A stretch of 64,000 nt of DNA, from positions 2,914,001 through 2,978,000 of the forward strand of contig OZ024756.1 in the NCBI GenBank assembly GCA_964016885.1. The letters are read 5' to 3'. A model generated the notes under the pieces. It ran no database searches, was not told the origin of the DNA, and saw only the letters and a program-made list of their open reading frames with translations. This document shows positions 27,418 through 39,635 of this stretch, piece after piece; positions within the stretch are counted from its first letter, which is position 1, and each line of letters opens with the position of its first letter. A program made the position numbers and the translations under genes. The DNA comes from Eledone cirrhosa. Its lineage: Eukaryota.

Positions 27418-28084
27418 ATTCCAAGTAGAACCGAAACTCAAATCAAACTATTCATCCTGTCCAACTTATGGAGAAATAAGAAAATAGAACGTTTGCATAG
27501 TTTCTATATAACAATACGTCCATGTTTGTCTACACATATGACATATAAGATATATATTGACACAGCTTCCGAGGTATATATTGATATATTTGTGGGGAGG
27601 GTATATGAAATCAAAGGAATCGGTCGTCAAATTGGACCGAGGAGACAGTCTCCAGGACCCGATTTATAGCTGATACTTTATCGTTTTTCCGGTGATGGGA
27701 GTCGGGTATTTGAAGTCAGAACATACAAATCCAGAACAGACACTACAAATAATCTCTCTACCCCCTCCGGACTATTTGACCAATCAACTAATCCGCCAGC
27801 TGTGGACTGGTATATCGGACAATGGACTGGTCAAGTAGCATGTTAGTTTGTTTGTTTTGTTGTATTTTGTTATATGAGAAGAGGTTGACAGGACCTCACT
27901 TGCTCAAAATTTCTCTGTGGTCAGTTTTCTTCCAGGACCCTTCACCTTAGGGCAACATGTCTGATACACAGACGTAGGGAGACAGGAGAAAAGGAGAAGA
28001 AAAAAGAAACAGAGAAAGAGAGAAAAAATGAGAGAGAGAGTTGAGAGAGAGAGTGAGTGAGAGAGAAACACAGAAAGAGAGTAA

Positions 28085-28765
28085 TGGCTTTATATTTGCA
28101 TTTGTTGTTCAGGGATGGCGTGGCAGCAGCTTAAATATTCAAAAATACCATATTTAAACTCAAATTTCCACTTTTTTGGCTCTAGCTCCCACATTAATCA
28201 ACCTACTTTGTTCATATTTTACACTACGCTAGATCTGATTATTTCACGTCTGAAATTGGCTTTACATTTTGGATTTTTTGTTCAGGAACGGCGTGGCAGC
28301 CGCTTAAATATTCGAAAATACCACCTTTTCGGCTCTAGCTCCCACATTTTTCAACCGATTTCGTTCAAATTCGAAGATTCGGCTCATCTCACACATAAAT
28401 CAATTTATTTGATTCAATTTTTATACTACGATAGAACCTATCATTGCACATCTTATAGATGGTCAAAGGCAAAACGATGGCCACTGACGTCGTCTGAGCT
28501 TTTAGTTGTGTATTTGAGAATTCATCGGTTTCCAATCAAATAGCGTGAGGAAATTTGGCTTAGTGTTAGCGGTCATAGCCTCCTTCCCCCAGCATGCCCC
28601 TTCGTCAGTCACCCGCGTTTCTCAGTGATAGAGCTCATCACCACCCTCCCCCACATGGCCTGTGTGTGGCCATAGATGAGTCATCGAGAAGCAGTCGCTA
28701 AGATCAACACCTTTTCATCAAAGCAGATATTATTTTACCTACCCAAGCAACGCTGGGTAGGTAAT
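28085..28765. mobile_element. Possible non-autonomous Helitron/Helentron-like relic
   Basis: Internal duplication (ggcgtggcagc..cttaaatattc.aaaatacca..ggctctagctcccaca at ~28117 and ~28290). Terminal hairpin ttacctaccca-agcaacgc-tgggtaggtaa at 28735-28764. No CTRR terminus seen. Confidence 0.4.
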
Positions 28766-28970
28766 ATATATATAAACAAATCTGTAGAAAATGTTGAAGA
28801 GGTATTTTTAAGTGAAATTTGAAAGCATTAATTTATTTACAATACCGGTTTCAGCATTAAATGCATTATCAATTGCGGGTATGCAGAAGATTGTTAAGTT
28901 GCATATTTGTACAAGTAGTGGAGATAATGATAATAACAAAAAGAGAAAAAAAGAAAATATAAAGAGGGGA

Positions 28971-29046
<76 letters not shown>

Positions 29047-29146
29047 CTAGGAAGTAAGTCCACGCTTTGCTATTTCCTATTCACTGATTTATTTTTTAAT
29101 AAGCTTCCAGAGTCCTCGCTTTGCCTGGAAACTTATATGAGAATAG

Positions 29147-29228
29147 ACTTTCCTGATGACGGGATGTTTCTCAACACCTTCTTCGGAAGATGTATCTACT
29201 CCATTCCAGAAACTAATTAGTTGGAAGT
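29147..29228 (+). ncRNA. Type I hammerhead ribozyme motif
   Basis: ACUUUC-CUGAUGA-CGGGAUG...CAUUCCA-GAAA-CUAAUUAG-UU-GGAAGU. Palindromic stem III. Downstream sequence is homologous to 59520-59730. Confidence 0.7.
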
Positions 29229-29397
29229 GATATTTTAGTAAGTAAGTTAATTTTATAATTTTCTTATCTTACGTCTCTTATATTATTGTTCTGCAACCCC
29301 ATGCATTGAACCACAATGTTATTAAGACAAAACCTATATATTTGCTAGCATCGATATGCATTTGTATGTACATATATGTTACTAGATATAAATTCTT

Positions 29398-29484
<87 letters not shown>

Positions 29485-29713
29485 AAGGGGGGAAGTGAGA
29501 GACAGAAAAGGGAGGGAGTAAACAAGCCTACAACTTGACTGGTACTTTATTTATCGCCACTGAAACAAAGAAATGTAAAATTGAGCTTGGTATGAGTTGA
29601 ACACAGAGCTGAAGGAACCGGAAGAAATAAACGGTAGACCTTCCATCTATCAATGGTAATTCACTTCTCTAATACCAAAATATGAACTTTCAATTACTTC
29701 GACCACACACCCA

Positions 29714-29775
<62 letters not shown>

Positions 29776-29782
29776 TAATAAT
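29714..29782. repeat. (AAT)n microsatellite, 3' flank of the Tx1 element
   Basis: Direct inspection. Confidence 0.97.
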
Positions 29783-30032
29783 GATTTCTTTATTAACCAC
29801 AAGGGTCTACATAAAGTAGACATTAAGGACAGTGCAGGACAATACAGTACGGTACAAATGGGCATTTCTCCGTGTAAAAAACAAAAACAGAGGATGTAAC
29901 AAAAAAATAACAATGAAAAATTCCCCAATAGAGGGGAGACTTCGGAGGGACATTTGTGGAGAAAGCCCAGTAAAAGGCCACAGTGACCCCACCACCAAGG
30001 CAAGTGCCCTCTCCCAGTTTTCCACCTTTAAT

Positions 30033-32251
30033 TTACAGATATATACTCAGAGTAGGCCCATTCACTCGGGCCATTCTTGCTTCTCTCACCCATCTTTCAA
30101 CAAAATCCTGGGAAGAGAGCACTTCCCTCTCTACTCTGATTTTCCTTTTCAAATGAAATTTGAAAAAGTCAATCAGGGCATCACCGAAGAGGTAAGTGCT
30201 CGTCTTCAGCCCTTTCAAACGTGTCCACCATACTACCTCTTTCGCCATGGCCACCAGACAGATAAAAACTGCCTGCCCTTCCCGGCTAAAGGAAGAGGGC
30301 GGGGCAATCCTCACGATGGACTCAGATGATAGCCGGATCCGTCCTATACGCGACAGCAGGTGTTCGACATAAACAGGGCAGATGTCGCTGTGCATGGCAG
30401 CAATCCAGCCTCTGAAGACGGGCCCAAAGCCAGCCGCCCTCAGGACTGCCGCTAGGTAACGATGCTCGACCCTATCGAAGGCTTTCGACTGATCTAAATT
30501 GATCAAAGACCCACCCGTGCCAGGTTCCCTAGCTACCCTCTCTACGATGTATCGCATGAGGTGGAGGTTCTCGTGGATGGATCTGTCGGGAATGGCGCAT
30601 GTCTGCGCCTCTCCCACCAGACCACCAACGACAAGCGCCAATCGCTTTGCTAGCATCTTGGCCAAAATTTTGAACTCTGTGTTTAGCAGAGATATGGGCC
30701 TGAAATTATCTATGTTATCCCCCTTGTTCGGATCCTTTCTCAGCAGTGCCACCGCTCCTCGGCTCACAGAGCTGGGAATTCTCCCGTTCTGTTGCCAGTT
30801 GCAGTAGACGTCCGCCAAGAGGCCTCCGAACAAGTCTGGCATCTGTACGTAAAGTTCATAGGGCAGACCATCCAAACCAGGCGGTTTACCCCATGTGCAG
30901 CGAGTCATTGCCTCCCGTACTTCAGCGGCTGTTATCGGCTTTTCGCAACACTCCGCCTCAGTGGCCGAGAGCCGCGGCAGTCCGTCGAGGTAGACACTAA
31001 ACTCCATCCCTCGACCCGGCCCACCGCTGCCCCCGAACAGCTGAGCGAAGTGTCGCTGAAAAGCTTCACACATTTGCCCGGGATCGAGTAGCATGCGCCC
31101 GTCGTGGTCCACCAAAACCGGATCGTGGCTTTGTTGCCACGACGCGCCTCCGCCACTCGGGCCCATTGAACGGCTTTCGTCCCCTCGTGTCTGAGAGGAC
31201 GCACCCTAGCACTGACAACGCAGCCTTCGTGCTTTGCATTGAAGAATTGGTCAAGGGCCAATTTCGCCGCAAGCACGTCGGTCGCGATGCCTTTGCTAAG
31301 CGCCTCGTCTAATTTTCTAACTAGTTCTCCCTCTGCTCTATTTTTCTCTATTGCTAAAGCCTTACTAAACCTAATGGATTCTATTCTAATCGTTCTTTTC
31401 AGAGCAAACCACCACTTGTTGTTGACGATGGCCCCCGTCAACGCCCGCTTAACTAGTTCGCTAATCCGGTCTCTGTAGGCCTTGCGCGCTGGTAAGGACG
31501 CGTTTAGCTTCCAGTAGCCGGGTCCTCGTCTATGAAGCCTATCTAAGTCAAGCACACAGATCACGAATTTGTGGTCCGTGTAGCTGACTATCTTGAATTG
31601 TGGACAGCCTATGCTAGCTCTATCTATTTCCCTACAAAATACTTTATCTAGATATGATCTGGATGACCCTATGCGATTTGTCCAAGTCCACATTGGCACA
31701 TTCGGGAAATCCAATCGGTACCTGTCAGACAGTTCAAAACGCCTGAGCAGGTTGGTGAGGCTGTTGCACCCTCCACCCCTATCCGCTAATCCCACACAGT
31801 CCCAGCGTGCATCTAAGATCCCGTTCCAGTCGCCCACTAACACTAAAGAGCGGGACGTTCCAAGAAAGGTCTCCAGACGCCGGATGAAATCAGGCCGCCC
31901 TGCTCCTGTCGGGGCATAGACAGCCACTAGCCTGAAAGCTTGCCCGTCTCCGCTGGTCACGTCCAGCACCACCAACTTACCCTCTGGGTCCAGGAAGATG
32001 GCCCGTATGGCGAGATCCAAACCTCTTCGAAAAAGCACAGCAACTCCTCCCCCCGATCCAGGACGGCTGGGAGATGCGTACACATCGTAGCCGCCGAAGA
32101 TCGGTGCGAAGGCCCGTGCTTCGGAGATTCTGGTCTCGCTGATGGCCACTACATCTATGTTTAGTGACCTGAGGTCGTTGAGCAGGTGACCCTGCTTCCA
32201 TGACGAGCCCAAGCCACGCGCATTTATGCTGCCTATTCTGAGTAAGGTCAT
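30033..32251 (-). pseudogene. Tx1 ORF2 pseudogene (APE intact, RT truncated)
   Basis: ORF 30932-32251 (SINARGL, GDWNG, YLD, TDHK, PGYWKLN) frameshifts near 31120 into ORF 30033-31166 (PGLDGLP, FRPISLLN, DQSKAFD). It then jumps to the C-terminal YVEHLLSR with no QG/YADD motifs or zinc finger. Confidence 0.93.
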
Positions 32252-32286
32252 GTTTAAAATGGAGTGGAAAAGATGGGAAAGACCAC

Positions 32287-34316
32287 TTACCGTACTTTTC
32301 GTAGAGGAAGGATGGTTTCTCCATCCCTTTTCACTTGATCGTCTGGTGAAGGGACCGTTGAATCGTCCCTTCGGCTGGTCGTCGGCTCTTCTATGAGTAT
32401 GTCCGAATATACTCTCCGGTTGAGAGTCCCTCCTAGGTCTCTGAAATCACCAACTGCGTTGGGGAATTTCGTTTTTATGTTTGTGTATTGTTTCTGTGCT
32501 ATTTTTACCAGTCTTATGTACGTTGGCGTTTTGATTGGTGCTGCTATTATGTAGTCGTGCTGTGAAATGTCTGTGTGTTCAATTATGTAAGTCATTAGTT
32601 TCTTGTTGTGTGTATTTATTGCCGTGCATTTGTTTTTCTGGGGGTGGGGTGTGGTTCTGCTATTTTCTTGTCATTGTTGCTGGGTGTGTGTGTTTTGTTG
32701 TTGTGTTTGCGATGTTGGTGCTTGTGGTGGTGGTGTTGAAGGTGTTGTTGTTGTTGGCGGTGGGGTTGTCGCCGGTGGTGATGGTGGTGCTAGTGTGGGT
32801 GGTGATGGTGTTGGTGGTGTTGCTGCTGTGAGTCTCTTTGCAGTAGCCTTTACCCTTTTTTCATTTCTTTCCTCCCTTTTCGAAGGCGACGATGCGCTGC
32901 TTCTGCGTTTGTGCCTTCTTACGACCTTTTGCCATCCCTCTCCCTCTCACACTCCATGTCTGATTCTGTGAGGTCGGGGAGTGGCACCAGCTCCACTCTT
33001 TCACTTGTTGTTGTTGGTGCTGTTTGCAGTGGAGTCTCTGTTGCAGCTGCATTTGGTATAACTGTTGTTATTGTTAATACTTCCACTGCTGCTGCTGTTC
33101 TTGATTTCCGTGGCGTGGGTATGGGTGCCACGGAGCTTTCGTTCCTGGTTGCCGCTTGTCCTGTTGCTGGTAGTCGTGGAGCCGGTTTCGGAAGGACGGT
33201 GGTTTTCTCCTTTCTCAGGGTCTTCTCGTTGCAGAAGGCTCTGAGGTGAGTCTTCGATCCACAGCGAAAGCATTTCGGGCGTTTGCCCTCAACACTTATA
33301 GGCAGTTGAGTGCCGTTATCGAAGTCTATCACATCCGGGATAGCTTCGATGCACTCCTGGTTGGTTTGGATTAACATCTCAATGGAGGTGCCGACCCAAT
33401 CTTCTCTTACTTTTTTCTGTACTTGCAGTACAGTTGTTTTGTCCTCGATTCCGACGAGGACAGACGCGGCCAGCCAAGAAGGGGCCATCCTGGGGGGGAC
33501 GTGGGTCAATTTGACCCTCACAATTTTTTGCCCGCACTAGGAGGGCACCAACACCATTTCCTCGCTCCTTAGGGCCACTAAGGATTGAGCCTTTGCCTCC
33601 TGGGGTGTGGCAAAAAGCACATCTACGGTGGCATATTTCTTGCCTCGGGTGATATGCGTTTTCTGCTGCCACACAGACCCTAAGGCTTTTTGTATTTGAG
33701 CCTCTGTGGCTCTTTCAACCCTACGGGATTTTGTGCTTACTGTACGGTACGTGACCGTACAGTGCTGTTGGGTTTCGAAAAATGTTTCGGCTGCCTTGCA
33801 GATTACTCGGTGTCCGGTTTTCGTCACCATCTTCTTCGCTTCCTGTAATTCCTCATTTGTTATGAGGATGGTTTCCAGGTTCTTTGCGATACCTGCAAAC
33901 GAGATTGGTTTTTCTTTGCTACTGTTGTTGTTGTTGTTGTTGTCGTCAGAGCTGCTGTTACTTTTGTTGTTGCTGCAAGTACTACGACTACTGCCGCCGC
34001 CGCTGTTGCTGTGGTTGTTGTTGTTGTTGTTGCTGCTGCTACTAATGCTGTTGTTGTTTATGCTGCTGCTGATGCTGTTGCGGCTGCTACTGTTGTTTTC
34101 CTTGCCACTGTTGCTGCTGCTGCTGCTGCTGTTATTACGGCTGCTACTGCTATTATTCATGACGTCAGACGAATGAAATGGGTTTTCGTATTTCCCGCAC
34201 ACCTTTTTCGTCGTTGTCGCCGTCGTGGAGAAATGTTCCTTGATTTGCACGTGATTTTGTAAACTATTTTTCTTTACTGGCGTCGCTTGCGAAAGAGAAG
34301 GTAGGGAGAGAGACAC
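32287..34316 (-). pseudogene. Tx1 ORF1 (gag-like, CCHC zinc knuckle) pseudogene
   Basis: Segments 33537-34316, 32919-33521 (same frame, TAG between) and 32287-32595. CFRCGSKTHLRAFC knuckle preceded by VEGKRP, as in the intact ORF1. Frameshift near 32945. True start codon uncertain. Confidence 0.88.
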
Positions 34317-34641
34317 ATTTAGAGAAGGGAGGGAGAGAGACGATCTTCTCTCTGCTGTAGTGACGATTGAGAAGAAGAAGACGGAATGAGTGGGAGTGAC
34401 TTGTGAAAATTCTTTTTCGCAGCCATGTTTTTTTTGGGTTTAAAATAAATATTGGGCACAAAACCCCAATAAGCGGTTATTTAAGCTCGAAGGGCCAAAT
34501 AACGGGCAAAAAGACCCCTCTCACGAGGAGGAGGGTGTTTTTATCTACAGTTTAGTTAAAGTTTTTAACAATTTACAATTGTTATAGCGGTCAAAATTTA
34601 CAATACCTTTCAGAGCCGAGCCTCCGTCAACCATGGCATTC

Positions 34642-34732
<91 letters not shown>

Positions 34733-34745
34733 ATAAATAAATAAT
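34642..34745. repeat. (AAT)n microsatellite, 5' flank of the Tx1 element
   Basis: Direct inspection. Confidence 0.97.
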
Positions 34746-34949
34746 AAAGAAATAAAAAGACCCCCAAAAGATGACACTTTCTCCCCTTGAAACTATTGTG
34801 ACATAAAGATATAAACTAATGTTAACAAGATCCTCAATTGTTGTTAATTCCATATTCTTCCTTTCATTCCTTCATATTTTACTGGCTTTTTTTGTTTCTT
34901 TCTGGTTTTATTTCTAGCGTTTCTTTCTTTCATTTTTTTAAAATCTATT

Positions 34950-35289
34950 CTTGTGTGGTTTTTTTTCTTCTTTATCTTTTGTGTGTGTATTTTTCTTTTC
35001 CTTCTGTGTCTGTGTGTGTTTTGCTTTTCCTTGTGTGTGTGTGTGTGTGCGTTTTTTTTTATCCCTTGTGTGTTTGTGTGTGAGTTTTTCTTTTCCTCGT
35101 GTGTGTGTGTTTTGCTTTTCTTTGTGTGTTTGTGTGTGTGTATCTTTTTCGTGTGTGTTTGTGTGTGTGTATCTTTTCCGTGTGTGTTTGTGTGTTTTTG
35201 TGTGTGTCTTCATTTTCCTTGTATGTGTGTGTGTGTGTGTCTTCCTTTTCCTTGTGTGTGTGTGCGTGTGTATATATGTGTGTTGTGTG

Positions 35290-35350
<61 letters not shown>

Positions 35351-35480
35351 TTCCTTTTCCTTGTGTGTGTGTATGTGTATATATGTGTGTGTGTTTTTTC
35401 CTTGTATGTTTGTATGTGTGTGCGTGTGTTTTGCTTTTGCTCGTGTGTTTATGTGTTTATATGTGTGTGTGTGTGTGTTT
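34950..35480. repeat. (GT)/T-rich low-complexity tract
   Basis: Direct inspection. Confidence 0.9.
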
Positions 35481-35764
35481 GTTCATTGGCCAACCCTTGC
35501 CAAACCAAGTGAAGTCTGTGACCTTATACTCCGTGTCCGTTCCAAGTTTTCCTGTCAACGGTAGTTAGCCAATTCTCTATATGACGTCTTCTTTATTCTC
35601 CATAGCTTGAGACGTTGCCACCAAGTGTCAGATTCCAATTACGTCCCACAGTCAAAGGCCAAAGGTTAAATTACCCCACTCAAAGATTCTACTCAATGGA
35701 AACCAAATAAAAATAAGAATAACAACAACTATTTATCTACTCTACATTATATACTATCTTTGAC

Positions 35765-35823
<59 letters not shown>

Positions 35824-35968
35824 CAAAAGCATGTATTGAGTTAGAAACTCAAAATAGTCTCATTACAGTAAAATTACCTCTAGGAAAAAGGTTTTCCGTT
35901 TCTGGTCCATTACGATTTGAACGCATACATGTATATGTCTGTGTTCGTTTTTCTGCTTTGTTCAGTTA

Positions 35969-36111
<143 letters not shown>

Positions 36112-36248
36112 CGTATGTGTGAATGTATGACAAAGGGCGGAAGAACTCATAAGAGTCAACGGCCATCCAAAAATGTGTAAATATGTATATACATGTATGC
36201 ATTTATGTATATGTATATATATATATATATTTGTGTGTGTGTATGTGT

Positions 36249-36317
<69 letters not shown>

Positions 36318-36352
36318 CATGTGTATGTATATGCGCGGGGAAATAGAAATAA

Positions 36353-36650
36353 TCGGGCTGGATACCCGATCACGCGGTTAAACCACTGGGCGTGAAGGAC
36401 CCCTAGCCTTTGTCAGGGCATTCAGGAAACTGGGATAACTCTGACATAAAACCTGCGGCTCATGTTGATCTATCCTTCTTTTCGGGTTATAGCTACTGTC
36501 GCTCAGAGAGTGGGATTGGCTCGTTCCATAGTCGTTCCTCACTTTAGAAAAAATCTTCAAGCACAGGCATCGTATGATAGCATTAATTGATAATTATTGA
36601 TAATGTTATATCGTGCAATGGCCATACTCGATAACGAGAGGGCAGCCATC
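36353..36650 (-). mobile_element. Variant subfamily of the (ATAC)n-associated element, 5' part (a further piece at 36124-36172)
   Basis: Homologous to 37455-37762, and more distantly to 11260-11658. Confidence 0.75.
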
Positions 36651-36689
36651 ATGTATGTATGTATTTATGTATTTATGTATGTATGTATG

Positions 36690-37762
36690 TTTCTCTTTCT
36701 CTTAATTTCGAGTACATATTTGATCGGCCACCTTCCTGGTGGCAAGATTGTAAAAGAAAAGAAATTGTCATCCTTTGAATCGCAAGAATATTTTGCAAAT
36801 TTTGAAGGTGCCAGATATCGCAGCCGTTTGTAGTCTATGAATTAGGGAGCTGCGCTCTTAGTCCACAAATCCAAGTTCAGTTATACGTTCGTTCAAGCGG
36901 GTTGGTATATAACCTGTAATTCCAATAAGGATGGATGTGAAGCTGAAGGTGAATCTTGGATCTGCAAACTCCTCATCAATGGTCCGTAGATGTCCTCCTT
37001 CTCCTGTATTTTTGTGACAACATTGACATCAAGTGGGCAGCTGATCTCTACAACAGAACACGTTTTCAATGTATGGTATCAAACAACAATATCAGGCCAG
37101 TTGTGCTTTAATTTGGTGGCAGTTTTTATTTTCAAGTTCCACCAGTATTCTTCAGTGCCATCTATCTCAACATATTCCTCCTCATTTGTTATTAATTTTG
37201 TTTTCCTAAGTGCGTTCCAGATGGTTCTAGCTATCCCATCGTGTCTCATAGGGAGGTAGTAGGGAGACGACATTCTTTCGCAGTTGACTACAACGTGGCT
37301 AACATCTTCGATCTTTGTTTTACAAAGCCTAGATTTATTGTCGACTGATGGCCCTCCTCTTTTGTGTAGCAGATATTTGGTAGGGATTTCTTGTTCCTGT
37401 ACTGCATAGAGATATCCTTCAAGGTGGGATGTTATAAACTTGTCGGAACTCCATGGTTAAACCACTGGGATTGAAGGACCCCTAGCCTTTGTCAGGGCAT
37501 TCTTCTAGGAGGAGGCAACTCAGGAAACTGGGATAACTCCGATATAAAACCTGCGGCTCAGTAGTTATCGATGATGTTGATCTTTTCTTCTTTTCGGGTT
37601 ATAGCTAGTGTCGCTCAGAGAGTGGGATTGGCTCAGTGCACAGTCTTTCCTCACTTTAAAAAATATCTTCACACACAGGTATTGCACGATAGAATTAATT
37701 AATAATTATTAATAATGGTATATCGTGCAATGGCCATACTCGATAACGAGAGGGCAGCCATC
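36690..37762 (-). mobile_element. RLE-type (R4/Dong-like) LINE derivative: non-coding 5' segment (37762-37455) fused to the C-terminal ORF and 3'UTR (37454-36690)
   Basis: Translation LEGYLYAVQEQEIPTKY...(S)RLCKTKIEDVSHVVVNC...MRHDGIA...KHNWPDIVV..VVEISCP gives a CCHC knuckle, RHD and a PD-type RLE. (TATG)n on both sides. Confidence 0.88.
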
Positions 37763-38145
37763 ATTTATGTAAGTATGTATGTATTTGTGCATGTTTGTAT
37801 GTATGTGTATATCTATATAAGTATGCATGCATGTATACATGTATATGAGTATGTATGCATGTATAATATGTCTGAGTGTATGTATGCATCTGTGTGCTCC
37901 ATGTATATACACACACACATACATTCTTCTCATTATATTTCTGGTTTCAGTCGTTAGATTGCGGCTATGCTGGGGCACTGCTTTAAAGATATTTAGTTGA
38001 TCATATCGAGCCTAGCACTTATTGATTCTTTTCAATATTACAACTTATTGTATCGATTTTTACTTCATAAAACCGCTTTATGTCTATCAGTATATCTCTT
38101 TTCCTGATTAACACGTGTTTAATAACCGACCTAGAAATAATAATA

Positions 38146-38253
38146 ATCTTCTTCTTCTTCTTCTTCTTCTTCTTCTTCTTCTTCTTCTTCTTCTTCTTCT
38201 TCTTCTTCTCCTCCTCCTCCTCCTCCTCCTCCTCCTCCTCCTCCTCCTCCTCC
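38146..38253. repeat. (TTC)n-(TCC)n microsatellite
   Basis: Direct inspection. Confidence 0.97.
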
Positions 38254-38379
38254 TATATTGTGTATCACCATGTACAATCTGCAGTTCCTGACATTCCTAG
38301 GTTTTGAAACCTAAGATAACGCACTGCGAAAAGGGAAGAAGGAAAACTGCTCGATCTATGTATGAATATAAATAAATAA

Positions 38380-38450
<71 letters not shown>

Positions 38451-38484
38451 AGGCATAATTTTGTGCGTTCGATTTGTGGGTTGG

Positions 38485-38675
38485 GTTGTGCTCTTGAGCA
38501 AAACATTTCATTTCACGTTGCTCCAGAATACTCAACTGAAATTGAGTACCAGCAATACCTGGAGGTTTAACTCTGCGATGGACTGGCGTCCTGTCCAGGG
38601 GGGAGTCTTGTACTCTCAGTCGCTTCACTGGGATATTCACCGGCCAAATGAGCCTTCTGGCTTAAGGCAGACTTT
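38485..38675 (+). mobile_element. SINE fragment (CORE-like family related to 15910-16595)
   Basis: cttgagcaaaacatttcatttcacgttgctccag...tgagtacc...gcgatggactggcgtcctgtccaggggg. Confidence 0.65.
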
Positions 38676-38682
38676 ATACTTT

Positions 38683-38733
<51 letters not shown>

Positions 38734-38754
38734 TTTACTCTTTTACCTGTTCCA

Positions 38755-39180
38755 GCCATCCAGATTAAAGTGTTCTAAAAGCCAGGAACTACTATAAAAT
38801 CACTGATCAGCAAAACAAAGCCCTTTAAGAAAAGCCACTGTACTAATAAGAAATCTGTTATATGTAGAATGAACACCCAGATGAATTGTAAAACTATAAA
38901 TGTAGTCTATAGCATAAGATATACAGAAGGTACTTACAGAAATATGACAACGACATACATAGGTGAGACAGTTCGAAGCATAGGAGAAAGAATAGACCAA
39001 CACTGAGGAGGGGGGGGTCTAAAAGGACAAAAAAAAGCGCTTCAGTACTATACGAACACACCAGACAAAGACATGACGGTAATATAGACAATATAGAAAT
39101 TAAAATATCTAAGCATAGGAATGACTCAACAGGTATGCAAATCAGAGAGGCTACTGAGATAGAACTAAGAAAACCAAACA
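38755..39180 (+). pseudogene. Penelope-like GIY-YIG endonuclease relic
   Basis: Manual translation: NVVYSIRY...TYIGETVRSIGERIDQH*...SVLYEH...QIREATEIELRKPN, with stops and frameshifts. Not in the ORF track. Confidence 0.82.
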
Positions 39181-39572
39181 CACAAACACACACAAACCAA
39201 ACAGGAAACACACACGCAAACGCATGCGCAAACATAGACGGATATAAGAATAAATAATTAAATTAAATAAAAATGGTGTAAGCATTATAATACAACGGGG
39301 AGAAACATAATAGCCCCAATGTGAACTTTGATAGACTATATATATATATATATGTATATGTGTATATCTGTATTTTCAACCGTTGGTCAAAGAATGGAAA
39401 ACATTGATTGCAAGATAAATTAACTATGGAGATATAAAAGATACAGAAGCGAAAACCAACCAAAACCAAACAGTGAGTGTGTTCTGTTAATTATTTCTGG
39501 CAATATTATAACAATATGACCCTCCCCAAATATAACAATATATATATATATATACATATATATGTATATGTG

Positions 39573-39635
<63 letters not shown>

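Larger units (their letters stand above)
29783..34641 (-). mobile_element. L1/Tx1-type LINE, full span but defective
   Basis: 5'UTR, broken ORF1, ORF2 with a frameshift and a large deletion, then 3'UTR with AATAAA (29789-29794). (AAT)n on both sides. Confidence 0.92.

Noticed and set aside
27895-28030. Minus-strand exon candidate (pyrimidine tract, CAG acceptor, GTGAG donor)
   Set aside because: Stops in all three frames, and the pyrimidine tract is microsatellite-derived. A non-coding exon cannot be excluded.
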